A DNA stretch of 64,000 nucleotides, from positions 14,408-78,407 of the forward strand of contig CAVJDT010000002.1 of the NCBI GenBank assembly GCA_963648435.1, given 5' to 3'. This DNA is from Bacillota bacterium. Its GTDB lineage: Bacteria > Bacillota_I > Bacilli_A > ML615J-28 > CAG-313. A program made the translations under genes and the position numbers. Numbering within the stretch: position 1 is the stretch's first letter; each line of letters opens with the position of its first letter. Shown here piece by piece: positions 59,028 to 64,000 of this stretch. The notes beneath the pieces are model-generated. The model was not told where the DNA came from. It saw only the letters and a list, made by a program, of their open reading frames with translations, and ran no database searches.

Positions 59028-60389
59028 TTATGCGAGTGCCATATTCTCCTTTTTACATAACTTTTTATACTGAACTAAAAAGTAAGTAAGTTCACATGCT
59101 CCGGTAATTGCCCATGAAAAACTATATAATAGGTATAGCGATTCAATTGTGTGATAATGAGCAAAAATAGTATATACCCAAAGAATTCTAAATAAGCATG
59201 AACCACAAATCACAATAATAGTGGGAATAACACTTTTGCCAATACCACGGGATGCGGCTATCGAATTATCCATCGCCGCACTAACCATATAAGAAAGTCC
59301 TAAAACTTTCATTCTTCGCATTCCCGCATTAATTACATCTTTATCTTGTGTAAAGATTCTAAGCATTGTGCTACCAAAGAAATACATACAAATGCCAATG
59401 ATTGCACCTGCTAAAAAGGCATAAAGCATAGAGATAAAATATGTTTGAATGATTCTATCTTTCTTCTTCGCTCCATAGTTTTGGCCAATAAAACTTGAAC
59501 AAGCCATATAGAAAGCAGCCATAACGTCATACACTAAGGCATCAAAATTAGTTGCGGCTGAATTTCCTTCAACCATTAGTTCATCAAAACTATTTACACC
59601 TTTTTGAATAAATAGATTGGCTATTGCGAAAATACAGTTTTGAAAGCCTGAAGGAACCCCTAGTTTTAGTAATTCTTTAGCCTGAATATGATTAAACTTA
59701 TTATCTTTAAAGACTAATTGATGTTCATTTTTTAGCTTTGTAAGGGATATAACAATTAAAATTGCCGAAATATATTGTGAAATAATACTAGCTATCGCAA
59801 CACCTGCGACATCAAGTTTACAAACAATAACAAAAAATAAATTTAAGCCAATATTAACTATCCCCGCAATAAACAAAAATAATAGGGGTTTTTTGGTATT
59901 ACCTATGGCACTAAATGTACCATTACCAAAATTATAAATCGCAAGAGCTGGCATTCCAAGAGCATAAATTCTTAAGTATAAAACAGCACCATCAAGTAAC
60001 CCATCTTTTGTATCAATTAATATAAGGAAGAAACGTGCTCCAATTAGGATAATAATGAGTAAAATAATTCCTATTATTAAAGAACAAAAAAAAGATGTAA
60101 AAATGGCGGTTCTTTCGCCTTTATTATCACGTCTACCAACTAAATTAGCAATTACGACATTTACACCACTTCCTATACCAATTAAAAAGCCTGTAAATAG
60201 GGTTACTAAAATAGCGGTTGAACCAACCGAACCTAAGGCTTTTTCTTTCATAGATGAAAAGTTACCCACCACCGCAATATCCGAAATATTAAATAATACT
60301 TGCAAAATATTAGAAGCAATAAGGGGAATACTAAATAAAAATATTCCCTTCCATAAATTACCTTCTGTTAAATTCTTTTCTTTTTTCAT
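59028..60389 (-). CDS. MATE-family efflux transporter
   Basis: 453 aa with 12 TM helices. MATE N-terminal signature LWKGIFLFSIPLIASNILQ. Confidence 0.85.
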   Translation of the reverse strand: MKKEKNLTEGNLWKGIFLFSIPLIASNILQVLFNISDIAVVGNFSSMKEKALGSVGSTAILVTLFTGFLIGIGSGVNVVIANLVGRRDNKGERTAIFTSFFCSLIIGIILLIIILIGARFFLILIDTKDGLLDGAVLYLRIYALGMPALAIYNFGNGTFSAIGNTKKPLLFLFIAGIVNIGLNLFFVIVCKLDVAGVAIASIISQYISAILIVISLTKLKNEHQLVFKDNKFNHIQAKELLKLGVPSGFQNCIFAIANLFIQKGVNSFDELMVEGNSAATNFDALVYDVMAAFYMACSSFIGQNYGAKKKDRIIQTYFISMLYAFLAGAIIGICMYFFGSTMLRIFTQDKDVINAGMRRMKVLGLSYMVSAAMDNSIAASRGIGKSVIPTIIVICGSCLFRILWVYTIFAHYHTIESLYLLYSFSWAITGACELTYFLVQYKKLCKKENMALA

Positions 60390-60541
60390 ATTAACCTTCC
60401 TATTTTCTTATATATTCTACCACAAATGCATAAATTTGTCACTTTAATTATCTTATAAGTTTGTCAAATTTTATAAAATGATGATTAATTAAATCACAAA
60501 TAAAGCAAATTTTTAATTTTTTTGATATAATAAACATAATT

Positions 60542-61702
60542 ATGATAGGATGTGAATTTATGTGTGAAGAAATTCAAGAAAGAAAAAAAATAGTATTACC
60601 ATTTTTAATAACAACTTTAAATGGAATGGCTTATGGACTTTTTGCAACATTAATTGTGGGAACAATCATCGGCACCATTAGTACTCTTTTTTCAAAAGGT
60701 GATAATGATGTTTGCCAGTTTATTGCGAAAATCCTAAGTAGTAAAGATGGGGTCGCAAAAATTCTTCAGTGTTTAACCGGTGCTGGTATTGGAGTTGGTA
60801 TTGCTTTAGCCTTAAAACAAACACCACTTGTAACAATTGTGATTGCGGGGGTTGGAGGTATTGCCGCATACTTTTCTCTACCTACATCTTTTGTTGAAAC
60901 ATTTAAGACTAGTGATAAATTTCAAATTGGTGATCCTTTAACTATTTACCTTGTTTGTATAAGTACTACACTGCTTATGAAACTCATTTTTAGAAAAAAA
61001 ACTCCTGTTGATATTCTTATTATTCCCTTATTTGGAATAATTATAGGTACCATCTTTGCCCTTACTATTCGTTACCCTGCCATTTACGTTACATATGGTA
61101 TGCAGTGGCTTGTTAATGTTGGCACTAAAACTGCCCCACTTCTTATGGGAGCAATCGTTGCTGTGCTTATGGGTATGGCCTTAACCGCACCAATATCAAG
61201 TGCTGCTATTGCGGCGATGGTCTTCAATATTGGTGATATCCCTTTAAATGAAGCATGTCAAATGTCAGAATATTCAGGACTAGTTCTTGCATCAGGTGCA
61301 GCTGTTGTTGGTTGTAGTTGCCAAATGATTGGTTTTGCGGTACAATCAAGAAAAGACAACTCCATTGGTATGGTCATATCAATTGGAATTGGAACATCCA
61401 TGTTACAATTTAAAAACATTTTAAAAAAACCTATAATCTGGCTTCCAACCATTATTGCCAGTGCTATCCTTGGTCCTATTTCAACTATGTGGATAAAACT
61501 CATATGCATTGGTTCAAGTGCGGGAATGGGTACAGCTGGATTAGTTGGTCAAATAGGAACATTCAGTTCAATGGGCAACACCTGGCAAACTTGGGTAGGA
61601 ATATTTGGTCTTCAAATAATTCTACCAGGCATCCTAGTATATGCTATTGACTTGCTATTTAGAAAACTAAATATCATAAAAGATGGTGATTTAACCGTAT
61701 AG
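60542..61702 (+). CDS. Integral membrane permease, possibly PTS EIIC_2-like (PF13303-type)
   Basis: 386 aa, about 10 TM helices, glycine-rich helices. The family assignment is tentative. Confidence 0.45.
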   Translation: MIGCEFMCEEIQERKKIVLPFLITTLNGMAYGLFATLIVGTIIGTISTLFSKGDNDVCQFIAKILSSKDGVAKILQCLTGAGIGVGIALALKQTPLVTIVIAGVGGIAAYFSLPTSFVETFKTSDKFQIGDPLTIYLVCISTTLLMKLIFRKKTPVDILIIPLFGIIIGTIFALTIRYPAIYVTYGMQWLVNVGTKTAPLLMGAIVAVLMGMALTAPISSAAIAAMVFNIGDIPLNEACQMSEYSGLVLASGAAVVGCSCQMIGFAVQSRKDNSIGMVISIGIGTSMLQFKNILKKPIIWLPTIIASAILGPISTMWIKLICIGSSAGMGTAGLVGQIGTFSSMGNTWQTWVGIFGLQIILPGILVYAIDLLFRKLNIIKDGDLTV

Positions 61703-62136
61703 GAAACAAAGAGAAATGCTCAAACATTTCTCTTTTTACTTATCATTACGTTTTTATCATTTTAAGTATACATTTATTTTTTGCTTACTTCTTCTTCACA
61801 AATTAAAAGACATTTCATTTATACTTTTTAATAATGTACATTTCAATTAATCTTTCTAAACTTAACAAAGCGTTCTTTTAATGATATTTTTTATACTTCA
61901 TAACCATATTCAAGAAGTTCCTTTTTATACGTTAAAAAAGAATGATCAAGTGGGAATGATGCAATTTTTTCAATTTCTTCATACGTTAACTTAAATGTTT
62001 CACTTCCATTTTTTTATCCAATTTCACAATGATTCGTACTTACTCATATATAATCTCCTATTAAATTCACCATTATATAATCAAAATTAAATAATGTACA
62101 TTAATTATATAATTATATCATCATAAAATCAATTAA

Positions 62137-62183
62137 TTGTTTAATAAGAATTGCTATTATGTGTTTAATAAGAATTGCTATTA
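62137..62183. repeat. Perfect tandem direct repeat, 2 copies of a 23-nt unit separated by 1 nt
   Basis: tgtttaataagaattgctattat at 62137-62159 and again at 62161-62183. Confidence 0.9.
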
Positions 62184-62305
62184 TAAACCTAAATTTACAT
62201 TTTTATACTTACTTTTTAGTATAATATCATGTAGATGCATTTTATATTTTTGTCACTTGTGACAATTTTATAAAATCAATTAATGGAAATTTAATTTATA
62301 ATTAA

Positions 62306-62626
62306 TTATTAATTAGAGGATACAACGTAGATGTCGGTGAAGTATCTTTAGTTACTCGAGATAAAAACAAGACTCAAATAAGAAAAACTTTAGAGGTCGA
62401 TTTCATCTGCAAATTAATTGATAAGAGAATATACATACAATCTGTTTATTCAATTTATGATAAAGAAAAATACACTCAAGAATCAATTTCTTTATTAAAT
62501 ATTCAAGATAACTTTAAAAAAGGTAATAATAACCACGATCAAGGCCCTACACACTATACTGATGATGGCATTGTAATTATGAGTATTTATGACTTTCTTC
62601 TTGATCCAAACTCATTGAATTATTGA
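62306..62626 (+). pseudogene. Start-less C-terminal fragment resembling a DUF4143-type AAA ATPase
   Basis: Open frame with no start codon: LLIRGYNVDVGEVSLVTRDKNKTQIRKTLEVDFICKLIDKRIYIQSVYSIYDKE...IVIMSIYDFLLDPNSLNY*. The EVDFI motif is typical of the DUF4143 C-terminus. A terminator follows at 62691-62729. Confidence 0.3.
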
Positions 62627-62690
62627 TTTTACACATTAACATAAAATTCATTTCTATAAAAGTATTTTATGACATTATACTACCATCACC

Positions 62691-62729
62691 AAAAGAGATC
62701 GCTTAATCCATAAACGATCTCTATTTTAT
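62691..62729 (+). terminator. Terminator after the ATPase gene fragment
   Basis: Stem agagatcg / cgatctct with a 13-nt loop, followed by ATTTTAT. Confidence 0.5.
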
Positions 62730-63212
62730 ATTGTTGTTGTAATATTGATATTTATCTTTTCAAGTTATCGTATTTATTATTAAGTTTCTTTATTATTCCT
62801 TCTAACAATTGCTTAATGACATTTGGTATTCATTAACTATTCATATGGCTAACTATTAAAGCAAAAGCCATCTTTTGTATAAAAAATGTTAATAAACTAT
62901 TTTTAAAACTATTGCTGCGTGAAAATATTCATTACAATTTTTAGTTAATTCTGTAGTGAATCATAAGTTTTCAATCATCATTTTTAAATTTTAGTGAATT
63001 TTTTACCATAATAATTTTTAAACAATCAACTAATTCTACATCTCGCGTATTATGACTTTCACAATTAAAACAGCATCAATTACCATAAATTTAATCATAA
63101 CATTCATACTCACAAAGTTAAAAACTTCTTAAAACAATTCTTTTAATAACAATTAATGGAAAATTTTCATAGTGTTTTTTAATATGTTTATTGTTCCTAT
63201 AAAATTCCATCT

Positions 63213-63620
63213 TTATACAATTCTCTTATACTTGGCATTCTTTGTATATTTGGCCAATGTAATGTTTAATTGACCACCATGTATAAGACGGTTTATAGTT
63301 TGAACATCAACTGGATCTATCTCATAAACATCGATATTAGTTCCAATTTCAAGATATATAATGCGAGAACAAGCATTTTGCGATAATTTGAATGGAGTAC
63401 AACCACCTCCAAATTTTGTGGTTGACTTTAGTTCAATATTACCTTGAAAATCGTATGCTGAATTGTTAGATAACACTAAACTTTTATCATATAATGACAT
63501 TACAATTTCCTTTTGCAACGGCTCCGGAAACATAAGTCTATTTTTATGAAAACTGATTTGATATATATTATTAGCTTTATTCCACGCTGTTAAAAAAGAT
63601 TTAAATTGTTTTTTATTCAT
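63213..63620 (-). CDS. Hypothetical small protein with a PD-(D/E)xK-like D...ELK motif (possible nuclease fold)
   Basis: ORF 63213..63626. GAGAGG SD sits 9 nt before the ATG at 63620 (MNKKQF). The YDFQGNIELK stretch is compatible with a D-(x)n-E-x-K nuclease motif. No homolog recognised by eye. Confidence 0.45.
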   Translation of the reverse strand: MNKKQFKSFLTAWNKANNIYQISFHKNRLMFPEPLQKEIVMSLYDKSLVLSNNSAYDFQGNIELKSTTKFGGGCTPFKLSQNACSRIIYLEIGTNIDVYEIDPVDVQTINRLIHGGQLNITLAKYTKNAKYKRIV

Positions 63621-63828
63621 AATCATAAACCTCTCTAAAATAAACCGGAGTGTAATAACTTCAGTTGTAATTTGTTTGTTAAAGTTGAATATGATAAAAG
63701 TAATCCTCCATTATCTTTAATGACTATCATAACTCTAACAATTTTTTTAATTATTTTTTAAACATTGTTACTATTTAAGACAATTTGTGTTTTTAAAATA
63801 TTATTAAAAAATATTCTATTTACTCTTT

Positions 63829-64000
63829 TTACTTGAAAGTTGCAAAATAATATTTTCTAGAATTTTTACTTTTTGTTATATGCCCTTTATTGCTGTATGA
63901 ATTATTTTTATTAACTTCATTAAGTTTATTCCCATCTATTATGCTATCAAGAATATACGCCTTAATTTCATTTTTTACATAATTAAAATAGATAATATAA
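63829..64000 (-). CDS. C-terminal end of a CDS entering from beyond the window end (hypothetical)
   Basis: Open minus-strand frame ...YIIYFNYVKNEIKAYILDSIIDGNKLNEVNKNNSYSNKGHITKSKNSRKYYFATFK*, with its stop at 63829-63831. Confidence 0.3.
   Translation of the reverse strand, partial: YIIYFNYVKNEIKAYILDSIIDGNKLNEVNKNNSYSNKGHITKSKNSRKYYFATFK

Noticed and set aside
61890-62050. Possibility that TGA encodes Trp (Mollicute code 4), which would rescue the broken mini-ORF
   Set aside because: Across the window TGG is used for Trp in conserved positions, and TGA closes many long, homology-supported ORFs (for example dtd, abiEii and the ATPase). Reading TGA as Trp does not restore the mini-ORF either; TAA stops follow. 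The standard code applies, and the mini-ORF is frameshifted.
62137-62183. Tandem direct repeat considered as a possible CRISPR array
   Set aside because: Only two copies are present, separated by a single nucleotide with no spacers. No cas genes or leader are nearby. It is better explained as a simple duplication or iteron-like element.

Overview
This is a 64-kb AT-rich chromosomal window, roughly 25-30% GC by eye, and it uses the standard genetic code: TGG is used for Trp and TGA closes many long ORFs. Gene content and Shine-Dalgarno patterns point to a low-GC Firmicutes or Mollicutes-related organism, possibly Erysipelotrichia- or Acholeplasma-like. Genes are densely packed, mostly on the minus strand, in tightly coupled operons. 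I see no rRNA, tRNA, CRISPR array, integrase or intact transposase.

Main blocks, in order:
- 1-2865: a partial membrane gene, then a GAF/degenerate-GGDEF signalling protein.
- 2867-6022: the conserved apt-relA-dtd housekeeping block.
- 6142-10164: a Wzx/MurJ-type flippase, a DUF421 protein and nadC.
- 10221-12434: an SPFH/zinc-ribbon pair, YdjI/YdjG-like.
- 12522-17687: a NitT/TauT-type ABC importer and a P-type ATPase.
- 17842-21601: a glutamine amidotransferase-like hydrolase, a NUDIX hydrolase, an EF-G paralog and the c-di-AMP receptor DarA.
- 21873-28312: a WG-repeat lipoprotein with two FtsX/MacB-type ABC modules.
- 28393-33265: one tight minus-strand operon: DUF308, radical SAM/SPASM, LytTR, DUF3021, a secreted protein and an intracellular pullulanase.
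- 33374-43729: a transporter/metabolic cluster: MFS/GPH transporter, glycerophosphodiester phosphodiesterase, SDR, kinase, DUF362, FAD oxidoreductase, GH9-like hydrolase and an alkaline-phosphatase-family protein.
- 44471-46164: a tandem-duplicated AdoMetDC-like protein next to agmatinase, a putative pyruvoyl arginine decarboxylase route to putrescine.
- 46231-51508: MFS, MarR and a heterodimeric ABC exporter.
- 51630-53163: an AbiEi/AbiEii abortive-infection pair. Its GC is visibly higher and it sits between GC-rich hairpins, so it looks horizontally acquired.
- 53818-57843: a 1341-aa Big_2/flg_new-repeat lipoprotein ending in an amidase_2 domain.
- 57958-61702: flavin reductase, YbaK, a MATE transporter and a membrane permease.
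- 61703-64000: a decayed, largely non-coding accessory region with gene fragments, a tandem repeat and a small ORF carrying a PD-(D/E)xK-like motif.

The most novelty-prone loci are the radical-SAM/LytTR/DUF3021 operon, the AbiE island and its surroundings, the SpeD-like/agmatinase pair, the SPFH/zinc-ribbon pair and the degraded terminal region.
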